DNA of 64,000 nt, from assembly GCA_964412175.1 (NCBI GenBank), contig CAYPND010000012.1, positions 1,540 to 65,539 of the forward strand. The letters are read 5' to 3'. The translations under genes and the position numbers were made by a program. The notes below the pieces were generated by a model that saw nothing but the letters and a program-made list of their open reading frames with translations, did no database searches and was not told the DNA's origin. This DNA comes from an uncultured Microbacteriaceae bacterium. Its GTDB lineage: Bacteria > Actinomycetota > Actinomycetes > Actinomycetales > Microbacteriaceae. Numbering within the stretch: the first letter of the stretch is position 1; every line of letters begins with the position of its first letter. This document shows, piece after piece, positions 1 through 10,686 of the stretch.

Positions 1-622
1 GACCGCGGGAGTGTGCATTCCCGCGCGCGCGGTCGGCGGCGACTTCTACGATTGGTACCCCGTGGGCGAGGGTGCCGCGCTCACGCTCGCCGACGCCATG
101 GGCAAGGGCATCGCGGCGGCCATCATCGCGGCGACGGTGCGCGCGGTGCTACGATCGGCGGCCCGCTTCGGCGACGTCGTGGGCGCCGTCGACGCGGCAT
201 CCGCGGCCCTCACGGTCGACCTCGACAACGCGGGCGTCTTCGTCACCGCGTTCCACGCGCGGCTCGACATGGACTCGGGCGTGCTGAGCTACGTGGATGC
301 GGGGCACGGCCTCTCGATCGTCGCGCGCGCCGATGGCAGCTCTCAGCGACTCCGGTCGACGGCCCCGCCGCTCGGCGTCGACCCCGAGACCGAGTGGCAG
401 GTGCAGACCGTGCAGCTCGATCCGGGAGACACGCTCATCGTCGTGAGCGACGGCGTGCTCGACCTCTATGACGGCACGCTACGCTCGCTCGACAACCTCG
501 TGACGCTCGCCCTGCTCGCGCACGATCCGTGGGAGATCATCGAGGCGATCCGGGCCCGGGCGCTCGGCGCGAACAGCGACGACGTCACGGTGCTGCTCGT
601 GCGGCGCGACGACGCGGGCTGA
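1..622 (+). CDS. PP2C/SpoIIE-family protein serine phosphatase, C-terminal part (5' end lies upstream of the window)
   Basis: ORF 11..622. Translation has GGDFYDW, ADAMGKG and IVVSDGV / DDVTVLLV blocks typical of the SpoIIE/PP2C catalytic domain. The frame is open back to the window edge. Confidence 0.7.
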   Translation, partial: TAGVCIPARAVGGDFYDWYPVGEGAALTLADAMGKGIAAAIIAATVRAVLRSAARFGDVVGAVDAASAALTVDLDNAGVFVTAFHARLDMDSGVLSYVDAGHGLSIVARADGSSQRLRSTAPPLGVDPETEWQVQTVQLDPGDTLIVVSDGVLDLYDGTLRSLDNLVTLALLAHDPWEIIEAIRARALGANSDDVTVLLVRRDDAG

Positions 623-689
623 CGGCCGACCGGGCATCCGGCGGTCGTGGCCGCCGGAGTGCGGGCGGTACAGTAGAGACTGCGATGTG

Positions 690-703
690 TCTCGATATCG
701 AGA
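690..703. promoter_or_regulatory. Perfect 14-bp palindrome TCTCGATATCGAGA upstream of sucC (candidate operator; identical copy at 19691..19704)
   Basis: Read directly: gtgTCTCGATATCGAGAaat, 87 nt upstream of the sucC GTG. A TACAGT -10-like hexamer lies at 668..673. Confidence 0.5.
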
Positions 704-789
704 AATCTCTCCGGTGAGGATGCTCACGATCGAGAGGCCGACCGCATCCCCTTATCTTTCTCTTTTCGCACGCGGATGGGACGAGCAGC

Positions 790-2870
<2,081 letters not shown>

Positions 2871-2903
2871 GAGCGCGCCTCGCTACTCGTGGCGCACCGG
2901 TAG

Positions 2904-2944
2904 GGCCCGAGCGGGTGCGTCGGCGGCACCCGACCGGTCGGGCC
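2904..2944. terminator. Nested GC-rich hairpins between convergent sucD and the IclR-type gene
   Basis: GGCCCGA (2904..2910) pairs with TCGGGCC (2938..2944). CGGGTGC-N7-GCACCCG at 2912..2932. Palindrome CCCGACCGGTCGGG at 2929..2942. No T-tract. Confidence 0.4.
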
Positions 2945-2951
2945 GCCGAGC

Positions 2952-3719
2952 TCACTCGTCGGCAGCGATGATCTTCGGCGGCCATTCGCTGGAGCCCAGC
3001 TCGCGCGAGATGTTGCGGGCGGTCTCGCGCAGGTCGTTGAGCACGCCCGCCTCGGGGGGCCACTCGCTCGACGGCATCACGACCGAGACCGCGGCGATCA
3101 CGGCGCCGCTGCGATCGGCGACCGGCACAGCGACCGATGACTCGCCGAGCACGGCCTCGTCCTCCTCCATCGCGAGGGCGCGCTCGGCGACGCTCGCGAG
3201 CTGCAGGCGCAGCGTCGCCGGGTCAGTGATGGTGTCGCCGGTGAGGCTGCGCAACGGCTTCGCGAGCAGTTCGTCGGCGGCCTGCGGGCGATAGGCGAGC
3301 AACACCTTGCCGAGGGCGGAGGCGTGGGCGGGGATCGTGATGCCCGTCTCGAGCATCTGCTGGCTGCCGTCGGGCCGGCGGTTGTGGTGGATGATGATGA
3401 CTTCGTCGAACAGCTCGGCGCCGAGCCGGGTCGAGAGCCCCGTGCGGCGGGCGAGCTCGCGGGTCCAGCGCATCGCGCGCGCACGCACGTCGAGCGTGTC
3501 GAGGTAGACGTTCGAGAGCTTGAGCAGCGCCGGGCCGAGCATGTAGCGCTGACCGCCCGGCTCTTTGGCGACGAGGCCGTGGGTCTGCAGCGACTTCACG
3601 ATGCCGTGCACGGTCGACGGCGGCAGCTCGAGAATGCCTGCGAGTTCGGTGATGCCCAAGTGTCGAGCGCCCTGCAGCGACGACAACACGCGCGCCGCTC
3701 GGTCGATTGCTTGGATCAC
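2952..3719 (-). CDS. IclR-family transcriptional regulator
   Basis: 255 aa. N-terminal wHTH (AIDRAARVLSSL...LGITELAGILELPPSTVHGIVKSL) and C-terminal IclR effector domain. Divergent from glpF-dhaKLM. Confidence 0.85.
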   Translation of the reverse strand: MIQAIDRAARVLSSLQGARHLGITELAGILELPPSTVHGIVKSLQTHGLVAKEPGGQRYMLGPALLKLSNVYLDTLDVRARAMRWTRELARRTGLSTRLGAELFDEVIIIHHNRRPDGSQQMLETGITIPAHASALGKVLLAYRPQAADELLAKPLRSLTGDTITDPATLRLQLASVAERALAMEEDEAVLGESSVAVPVADRSGAVIAAVSVVMPSSEWPPEAGVLNDLRETARNISRELGSSEWPPKIIAADE

Positions 3720-3814
3720 CGGTGATCCTTTCGTGGGGTCAGACCATTATGCGCGCGATCTGGTCGCACTTTGTGCCGATTTCACTCTTGACAGGGTCAT
3801 GTTTTGCGGCAAGT

Positions 3815-3831
3815 ATTCGACATTATCGAAT
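3815..3831. promoter_or_regulatory. Inverted repeat ATTCGA-N5-TCGAAT in the IclR/glpF divergent intergenic region (candidate operator)
   Basis: Read directly: aagtATTCGAcattaTCGAATgac. TTGACA hexamer at 3788..3793 just upstream. Confidence 0.3.
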
Positions 3832-3902
3832 GACGTTCCAGAAACCCCCTGAGACGTCGGGCACGGCGCCCATCGATGATCCGCATGTTCGAAGGAGCAC
3901 AT

Positions 3903-4655
3903 ATGGATGACAACCGGCAATGGCAGAAGCTTGTCGCCGAATTTCTGGGCACCGCCTTCCTCGTCTTCGTCGGGGTCGGCTCGGTGCCAGCAACCCTCAT
4001 CGTGAACGGTGATGCGCCGTTCACGATGGCCGATCTGGGCATGATCTCGCTCGCGTTCGGCACCATCGTCGTCGTCACGGTCTACGTGTTCGGCTACATC
4101 TCGGGCAACCACATCAACCCGGCCGTGACCCTCGGTCTCGCCGTCGCGGGCAAGTTTCCGTGGCGACAGGTGCCGGCGTACCTCGCCGCGCAACTGCTCG
4201 GCGCAATTGTGGGTGCGTTCACGATCGTCGGCGTGCTCGGCATGCGGGCGAGCGAAGTCGGTCTCGGCGTCGCGAGCTACGCGAGCGAGACGCCCTGGTA
4301 CCAGGCGTTCTTCGCCGAGTTCATCGGCACCTTCCTGCTGGTCTTCGCCGTCTTCGGCGTGATCTACCGCAAGGCGGCTCCGGGCTGGGCGGGACTCGCG
4401 ATCGGCTTCGTCGTCTTCGCGGCCATCATCCCCGTCGCTCCGACCACGGGCGCCTCGATCAACCCCGCGCGCACGACGGGCCCCATGCTCGTGCAGCAGA
4501 TCCTGGGCGGCGAGGTCGCCTGGGAGCAGTGGCCCGTCTACGTCGGCGCCGAACTGCTCGCTGGAGTTCTCGCCGCGCTCACGTTCGCGCTGATCGCACA
4601 CACCTCGACCGACAAGACTGGTCTGAAAGAGACCCTCGTGAAGCAGGACGGATAG
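3903..4655 (+). CDS. glpF: MIP-family channel (glycerol/dihydroxyacetone facilitator-like aquaglyceroporin)
   Basis: Two NPA boxes (HINPAVTLG, SINPARTTG) and six hydrophobic segments. Start chosen at ATG 3903, preceded by GAAGGAG at 3891..3897. The ORF track starts at 3876. Confidence 0.85.
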   Translation: MDDNRQWQKLVAEFLGTAFLVFVGVGSVPATLIVNGDAPFTMADLGMISLAFGTIVVVTVYVFGYISGNHINPAVTLGLAVAGKFPWRQVPAYLAAQLLGAIVGAFTIVGVLGMRASEVGLGVASYASETPWYQAFFAEFIGTFLLVFAVFGVIYRKAAPGWAGLAIGFVVFAAIIPVAPTTGASINPARTTGPMLVQQILGGEVAWEQWPVYVGAELLAGVLAALTFALIAHTSTDKTGLKETLVKQDG

Positions 4656-4660
4656 AGCCG

Positions 4661-5659
4661 ATGAAGAAACTGATCAACGCCCCTGAGGCGGTTCTGGCCG
4701 ATGCTCTCAAGGGCATCGAGGCCGCGCACCCCTCGCAGCGGGTCGACCACGTCAATCGCGTCATCTACCGCGCGACCCCGAAAGACCACGGCACCGTTGC
4801 GCTCGTGAGCGGCGGCGGTTCGGGTCACGAACCGCTGCACGGCGGCTTCGTGGGCTTCGGGATGCTCGACGCGGCGTGCGCCGGCGAGGTGTTCACCTCG
4901 CCGACGCCCGACCAGATGCAGGCGGCCACGAAAGAGGTCGACCGCGGCGCTGGTGTGCTGCACATCGTGAAGAACTACACCGGTGACGTCATGAACTTCG
5001 AGATGGCCGCCGAGCTCGCCGCGATGGAGGCCAGTGTCGACGTCAAAACGATCGTCGTGAATGACGACGTCGCCGTGCAGGACTCGCTCTACACCGCGGG
5101 TCGCCGCGGCGTGGGCCTCACGGTGCTGCTCGAGAAGCTCGTGGGCGCAGCGGCCGAACAGGGTCGCAGCCTCGACGAGCTCGTCGCTCTCTCCGAGTCG
5201 ATCAACGGCGCAGGCCGCTCGATGGGCATGGCCCTGACGAGCTGCACGGTGCCCGCGGCCGGCAAGCCGACGTTCGACCTGCCCGACGACCAGATGGAGA
5301 TCGGCGTGGGAATCCACGGCGAACCCGGTCGTCACCGGGTACCGCTCGCCGATGCGGCGAGCATCGCGGAGCAGCTGGTCGAGCCGATTCTGAGCGACCT
5401 CGAATTCGGCAGCGCGCCGACGATCGTGATGCTCAACGGCATGGGCGGCACGCCCATGATCGAGCTCTACCTGATGTACGGCGAGGTTGCGGCGATCTTG
5501 CAGAAGCACGGCATCACCGTGGCTCGTACGCTCGTCGGCAACTACATCACCTCGCTCGACATGGCGGGATGCTCGGTGACGGTGCTGCGCGCCGACGACG
5601 AGCTGCTCTCGTTGTGGGATGCTCCGGTCGAGACCCCCGGCCTGCGCTGGGGTCGCTGA
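4661..5659 (+). CDS. dhaK: Dihydroxyacetone kinase subunit DhaK
   Basis: [19 protein letters not shown]..., [21 protein letters not shown]. The upstream 167 aa of ORF 4160..5659 is an out-of-frame read through glpF. Confidence 0.9.
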   Translation: MKKLINAPEAVLADALKGIEAAHPSQRVDHVNRVIYRATPKDHGTVALVSGGGSGHEPLHGGFVGFGMLDAACAGEVFTSPTPDQMQAATKEVDRGAGVLHIVKNYTGDVMNFEMAAELAAMEASVDVKTIVVNDDVAVQDSLYTAGRRGVGLTVLLEKLVGAAAEQGRSLDELVALSESINGAGRSMGMALTSCTVPAAGKPTFDLPDDQMEIGVGIHGEPGRHRVPLADAASIAEQLVEPILSDLEFGSAPTIVMLNGMGGTPMIELYLMYGEVAAILQKHGITVARTLVGNYITSLDMAGCSVTVLRADDELLSLWDAPVETPGLRWGR

Positions 5660-5697
5660 ACGATCTCGCGCGAGCAACCGCCCTTCAAAGGAGAATC

Positions 5698-6336
5698 ATG
5701 AGTGCCACCTTCACCATCGACGGCTTCATCGCCTGGCTCGACGCCTTCACCGCTCGAGTCACCGAGCAGAAGGCTTACTTGACCGAGCTTGACTCGGCCA
5801 TCGGAGATGCCGACCACGGCTCGAACATGGCACGGGGCATGGCGGCGGTCATGGAGAAGGTGCGCTCGACACCCGCGGCGACCGCCGACGAGTTGTTCAA
5901 GTTGGTCGGCATGACCCTTGTCACCTCGGTCGGCGGCGCCAGCGGGCCCCTCTACGGAACCTTCTTCTTGCGCCTCGGCATGGCGGCAGGGCCTGTACAG
6001 CAGTGCGATGCCGCCACATTGGCCACCGCATTGCGCGCCGGCCTCGACGGCGTCGTCGCGCGCGGCAAGGCCGAAGCGGGAGACAAGACGATGTTCGACG
6101 CCCTGGCGCCGGCCCTTGACGCGCTCGATGCGGCCGTCGCCTCCGGTGCGTCGCTCGCCGAGGCGACAGCGGCGGCGAGCGCGGCTGCCGCGGCGGGCCG
6201 TGACGCGACCGCGCCTCTCGTGGCGCGCAAGGGGCGCGCGAGCTACCTCGGCGAACGCAGCGCCGGTCACCTTGACCCCGGTGCCACCTCGACCGCCCTC
6301 TTGTTCGATGCCCTCGCGGAGGTCGCATCCGCATGA
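5698..6336 (+). CDS. dhaL: Dihydroxyacetone kinase ADP-binding subunit DhaL
   Basis: Start ATG 5698 after AAAGGAGAA. LDSAIGDADHGSNM, GGASGPLYGTFF and KGRASYLGERS motifs. Confidence 0.9.
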   Translation: MSATFTIDGFIAWLDAFTARVTEQKAYLTELDSAIGDADHGSNMARGMAAVMEKVRSTPAATADELFKLVGMTLVTSVGGASGPLYGTFFLRLGMAAGPVQQCDAATLATALRAGLDGVVARGKAEAGDKTMFDALAPALDALDAAVASGASLAEATAAASAAAAAGRDATAPLVARKGRASYLGERSAGHLDPGATSTALLFDALAEVASA

Positions 6337-8759
6337 CTCTTGTCGGCGTCGTCGCCGTCTCGCACAGCAGGGCTCTCGCCGATGCGGCGATCGCGCTCGC
6401 GCTCGAGATGACGAGCCAGGGTGGGCCGGCGATCGCCGCCGCCGCGGGCTCGGCCGACGGCGGCACCGGCACTGACGCGGCGCGCATCGCCGAAGCGATC
6501 GCCGAGGTCGACTCGGGCGCGGGCGTAGCCGTCATCATGGACCTCGGCTCGGCCATCATGAGTGCCGAGCTCGCGCTCGAATTCGTCGAGCCCGCCCTAG
6601 CCGGTCGCGTGCGCCTGGTTGCCGCACCCTTCGTCGAGGGTCTGCTCGCCGCCGTCGTGCGCGCCGCGGGAGGAGCGACGCTCGACGAGGTCGCCACCGA
6701 GGCCGCGGCCGCGATGCGGCCCAAGCTCGAGCACCTCGGCAGCACTGCCGCGTCCGCCGCGGCCCCTGCTGCGAGCGACGCGGATGCAGAAGCGCTCGTC
6801 ACGGTGCGCAACGTCGCCGGCCTGCACGCCCGACCCGCGGCGATCATCGCGGGCGTCGTGTCGGAGTTCGCTGCCGAGGTGTCGCTCTCGATCGGCGATC
6901 GCGCGGCGGTTTCGGCCGAGAGCCCGATCGGCATCGCCACGCTCGCCGCGAAAGCGGGCACGAGTGTGCGCATCTCGGCGCACGGCGCCGATGCCCAGGC
7001 CGCGGTGACGCGGCTGCAAGCGCTCTTCGACGAGGGCTTCGGCGAAGAACTCATCGATCTCGACGGCGTTACGTCGACGAGCGCCGCGGCCGAGCCGCAC
7101 GTCGACATCGCGGCACCCATGACCGGACCGATCGGCGTCAGTGCGGGCAGGGTCATCGGCCCGGTCGTCGTGCTGCGGCGCACGGTGCGCGAACCCGACG
7201 CCGCCGAGCGCCTTGCCGACTCCGACGTCGACGCGGCGCTCGCGGCGGCGAGGGATGCGCGTGAGCGCGTCGCCGCCGACTACCGCGAGCGGGCCGCGAG
7301 GGTCGAAGGGCAGCGTCGCGCCGTGCTCGACGCCACGGTCGCGATGGTGAACGACCCGGCGTGGACTACGGGGCTCACGATGCGCATCAGCGACGGCCGA
7401 CTCACCCCGGCGCGCGCGACGTGGGTGACCGCGGCAGAACTCGCCGAGCAGTACCGCCAGGCGGGCGGGCTCATCGCCGAGAGGGTCACCGACCTGCTCG
7501 ACGTGCGCGACCGCGTCATCGCGGCGCTGCGGGGCGAGCAACCCCCGGGCCTTCCCGACCGCCGCGAGCCCTACATTCTCGTCGCCGACGACCTCGCGCC
7601 GACCGACACCGTGACCCTCGACCCGACGGTCTGCCTCGCCCTCGTCACCGAGCAAGGCGGGCCGACCACGCACACGGCGATCATCGCCCGCGAGCTCGGG
7701 CTGCCCGCGATCGTCGGTCGCGCAGGGGCCACCGACCTGGCAGACGGCACGCTCGTGCTCGTCGATGGCGACACGGGCGAACTCATCGTCGACCCCGATG
7801 TCGCCGAGCAGGCGACCGCGACCGGCGTCATCACGCTGCCGCCGTTCGTCGGCCCGGGAGGTACGAGCGACGGCCACCGCGTGCTGCTGAGTGCAAACGT
7901 CGGAGCCCCGCGCGACGTCGCGCGTGCCGTTGAGCGCGGGGCTGAGGGCGTCGGCCTGTTTCGCACCGAGTTCTGCTTTCTCGACCGCGAGGTCGAGCCG
8001 ACCATCGCCGAGCAGGTGCAGCAGTATCGCGCGGTGTTCTCGGCTTTCGCCGGTCAACGGGTGGTCGTGCGCACGCTCGACGCCGGAAGCGACAAGCCGC
8101 TGCCGTTCTTGACGGCCGATAACGAGCCGAACCCTGCGCTCGGCGTGCGCGGCGTGCGCACCGCTCGACGCGACCCCGAGGTGCTCGAGCGGCAGCTGGC
8201 GGCTATCGCCGAGGCGGCCACGGCCGAGCAGGCAGACATATGGGTCATGGCCCCGATGATTGCCACCCTGGCCGAGACTGAAAGCTTCGTTGCGGTCGCT
8301 CGAGCGGCCGGCATCGCCACGGTCGGCGTCATGGTCGAGACTCCCGCCGCCGCTCTCACGGCACGCGAGCTGATGGTGGTCGCCGACTTCGTCAGCATCG
8401 GCACCAACGACCTCGCCCAGTACACGCTCGCGGCCGATCGCATGGTCGGCGACCTCGCCGACTTGGCCGACCCCTGGCAGCCGGCCTTGCTACGCCTCAT
8501 GCAGATCGTCGGCGACGCCGGTGCGGCGACCAGCACCCCGGTGGGGGTGTGCGGCGAGGCGGCGGCCGATCTGGCGCTGAGCGCCGTGCTCGTCGGCCTC
8601 GGCGCGTCGAGCCTGTCGATGGCGGCGCGCGCGATCACTCCGGTCGGGCGCCGTCTCGCTGATGTCTCTCTCGACGACTGTCGTCGTGCGGCCGATGCGG
8701 CGGTTGCGGCGGGCGACGCTCGCCGCGCGCGAGATGCGGCCCGTCGAATCCTCGGCTGA
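6333..8759 (+). CDS. dhaM: DhaM-type phosphotransfer protein fused to full-length Enzyme I (EIIA-Man + HPr + PEP-protein phosphotransferase)
   Basis: 808 aa. N-terminal VGVVAVSHSRALADAA (EIIA-Man/DhaM), central VRNVAGLHARPAA (HPr His), C-terminal GGPTTHTAIIARELGLPAIVG and VGVCGEAAAD (Enzyme I). ATGA overlap with dhaL. Confidence 0.85.
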   Translation: MTLVGVVAVSHSRALADAAIALALEMTSQGGPAIAAAAGSADGGTGTDAARIAEAIAEVDSGAGVAVIMDLGSAIMSAELALEFVEPALAGRVRLVAAPFVEGLLAAVVRAAGGATLDEVATEAAAAMRPKLEHLGSTAASAAAPAASDADAEALVTVRNVAGLHARPAAIIAGVVSEFAAEVSLSIGDRAAVSAESPIGIATLAAKAGTSVRISAHGADAQAAVTRLQALFDEGFGEELIDLDGVTSTSAAAEPHVDIAAPMTGPIGVSAGRVIGPVVVLRRTVREPDAAERLADSDVDAALAAARDARERVAADYRERAARVEGQRRAVLDATVAMVNDPAWTTGLTMRISDGRLTPARATWVTAAELAEQYRQAGGLIAERVTDLLDVRDRVIAALRGEQPPGLPDRREPYILVADDLAPTDTVTLDPTVCLALVTEQGGPTTHTAIIARELGLPAIVGRAGATDLADGTLVLVDGDTGELIVDPDVAEQATATGVITLPPFVGPGGTSDGHRVLLSANVGAPRDVARAVERGAEGVGLFRTEFCFLDREVEPTIAEQVQQYRAVFSAFAGQRVVVRTLDAGSDKPLPFLTADNEPNPALGVRGVRTARRDPEVLERQLAAIAEAATAEQADIWVMAPMIATLAETESFVAVARAAGIATVGVMVETPAAALTARELMVVADFVSIGTNDLAQYTLAADRMVGDLADLADPWQPALLRLMQIVGDAGAATSTPVGVCGEAAADLALSAVLVGLGASSLSMAARAITPVGRRLADVSLDDCRRAADAAVAAGDARRARDAARRILG

Positions 8760-8841
8760 CGCGGCCGACGCCTCGAGCCCGCGCGGGTTGCGGCGCGGGC
8801 GAGCCTCTGCTGAGCATCAGGCCAGTAGGCTCGCGAGCGCC

Positions 8842-10065
8842 ATGACCCGCCGCCTGATCGCCGTGCTGAGCGCCCTCGAGGCGATGCTCATCGTCGGTAT
8901 CGGTATCGCGGTTCCGCTGAGCATCCTCACCATCATGTGGGCGGCGCAGTTCGGATTCCAGGTCGACTGGGTCGTATTCTGGCGCGCGGCCGTGCTCATC
9001 TGGCTCGTCGGCCACGGGGTCACCGTCACCTTCCAGCTCGATCCGCAGACGGCCCTCGCGCTCGGCGTCACGGGCGTCGGCGATCCGTTCGTCGTCTCGC
9101 TCGCGCTCAGCGGGTTCCTGCTCTGCACGGCCCTCGCGGGGGTCGCCCTCGGCCGCCGCCTGCGCCTCGAGCCGCATCGCGTGCTCGGCGAGCTCGTAGC
9201 GCTCGGCACGGTCGTCGTGCTCTCGGGGCTCGCGACGCTGAGCGCCGCGCATCCCGCAGCACTGCCCTCGCGCTGGCAGGCACTGCTCTTCCCGGCCCTC
9301 GTGCTCGGCCTCGGCCTCGCGATCGGCTCGATCGGCGCGAGCAACCCTGCGCGCGTGCGCCTGCGGCGCCTGCTCGCCGAGGGGCCGCAGCCCTGGCTCG
9401 CGGCCGGCGGCGCGGCGCTGCGGGCGGGCCTCGGCACCGTCGCGACCGTCGTCGCGGCGGCGGCCCTCGTGACGGCGGCCGCGCTCGTGCTCGGCTACGG
9501 CCAGGTCATCGCGCTCTACGAGAGTGTGCAGGCGGGAGTGCTCGGCGGTGCCGCGCTCACGGTGGCGCAGCTCGCGCTGCTGCCGACGCTCGTGCTGTGG
9601 GCGGCGGCCTGGCTCGTCGGCCCGGGCTTCGCGGTCGGCGCCGGCTCGAGCGTGAGCGCCATCGCGACGAGCCTCGGGCCCCTGCCCGCCGTGCCCCTGC
9701 TCGGCGCCCTGCCCGCCGAGCCATCGCCGCTCGGCTTCATGACCCTGCTCGTGCCCGTGCTCGCGGCCTTCATCGCCGGCCTCGCGGTGCGCCCGCGACT
9801 CGTCGCCGCGCTCGACGGCGAGCCGCCGGGGTTCTGGGCGCTCGGCACGGGGGCCCTCGCGGCCGTCGTCGCCGCCCTCGCGATGGGTTTCCTCGCGTTC
9901 GTCGCGGCGGGCTCAGCCGGGCCGGGGCGCCTCGCGGTGGTCGGCCCCGACCCCGTGGCCGTGGGGCTGTGGATGCTCGTCGAAACCCTCATCGGAGCAT
10001 CCCTGGGCCTGCTCGCCGGCGGTGTGCGGGTCGCCCGGCCGCAGGCCCTCGCGCGCACCCGGTAG
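8842..10065 (+). CDS. Polytopic integral membrane protein (PerM/DUF6350-like by position upstream of purN)
   Basis: Roughly ten hydrophobic segments. Sits between the sucCD region and purN, as PerM does in mycobacteria. Start at ATG 8842 is an estimate; the ORF is open from 8662 inside dhaM. Confidence 0.55.
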   Translation: MTRRLIAVLSALEAMLIVGIGIAVPLSILTIMWAAQFGFQVDWVVFWRAAVLIWLVGHGVTVTFQLDPQTALALGVTGVGDPFVVSLALSGFLLCTALAGVALGRRLRLEPHRVLGELVALGTVVVLSGLATLSAAHPAALPSRWQALLFPALVLGLGLAIGSIGASNPARVRLRRLLAEGPQPWLAAGGAALRAGLGTVATVVAAAALVTAAALVLGYGQVIALYESVQAGVLGGAALTVAQLALLPTLVLWAAAWLVGPGFAVGAGSSVSAIATSLGPLPAVPLLGALPAEPSPLGFMTLLVPVLAAFIAGLAVRPRLVAALDGEPPGFWALGTGALAAVVAALAMGFLAFVAAGSAGPGRLAVVGPDPVAVGLWMLVETLIGASLGLLAGGVRVARPQALARTR

Positions 10066-10074
10066 CCTGGGCGC

Positions 10075-10668
10075 GTGCTTCGGGTCGTCGTGCTGATCTC
10101 GGGCGGCGGGTCGAACCTGCGCGCTCTTCTCGAGGAGTGCCGCGACGCTGACTACCCCGCGCACGTGGTCGCCGTCGGCGCCGACCGCGACGCCGACGGC
10201 CTCGCGCACGCCGAGGCGTTCGACATCCCGTCGTTCACGGTGCCCTACTCGTCGTACCCCTCGCGCGAGGCCTGGGGCGACGAGCTGCTCGCGACGATCG
10301 ACGAGTGGCAGCCCGACCTCGTGGTGCTGAGCGGGCTCATGCGCCTGTTGCCGCCCCGCGTCGTCGAGGCCCTCGCGCCGCGGCTCATCAACACGCACCC
10401 CGCCTATCTGCCCGAGTTCCCCGGCGCCCACGGCGTGCGCGACGCGCTCGCCGCGGGGGTCGCGCAGACCGGGGCGAGCGTCATCGTCGTCGACACCGGC
10501 GTCGACACGGGCCCCGTGCTCGCGCAGGAGCGCGTGCCCGTGCTGCCCGACGACACCGAGCACAGCCTGCACGAGCGCATCAAGCCCGTCGAGCGGCGTC
10601 TGCTCATCGACGTCGTGCGCGGCATCGCCGACGGGTCCATCGCCCTCGGCGCAGCATCCACCCCCTGA
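10075..10668 (+). CDS. purN: Phosphoribosylglycinamide formyltransferase
   Basis: 197 aa. [29 protein letters not shown]. Confidence 0.93.
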   Translation: MLRVVVLISGGGSNLRALLEECRDADYPAHVVAVGADRDADGLAHAEAFDIPSFTVPYSSYPSREAWGDELLATIDEWQPDLVVLSGLMRLLPPRVVEALAPRLINTHPAYLPEFPGAHGVRDALAAGVAQTGASVIVVDTGVDTGPVLAQERVPVLPDDTEHSLHERIKPVERRLLIDVVRGIADGSIALGAASTP

Positions 10669-10686
10669 TCACCCCTGGAGTCCTCA

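Noticed and set aside
4160-4660. N-terminal 167-aa extension of the dhaK ORF overlapping glpF.
   Set aside because: The extension is an Arg-rich alternative frame of glpF. The DhaK homology begins at [10 protein letters not shown] (ATG 4661), just after the glpF stop.
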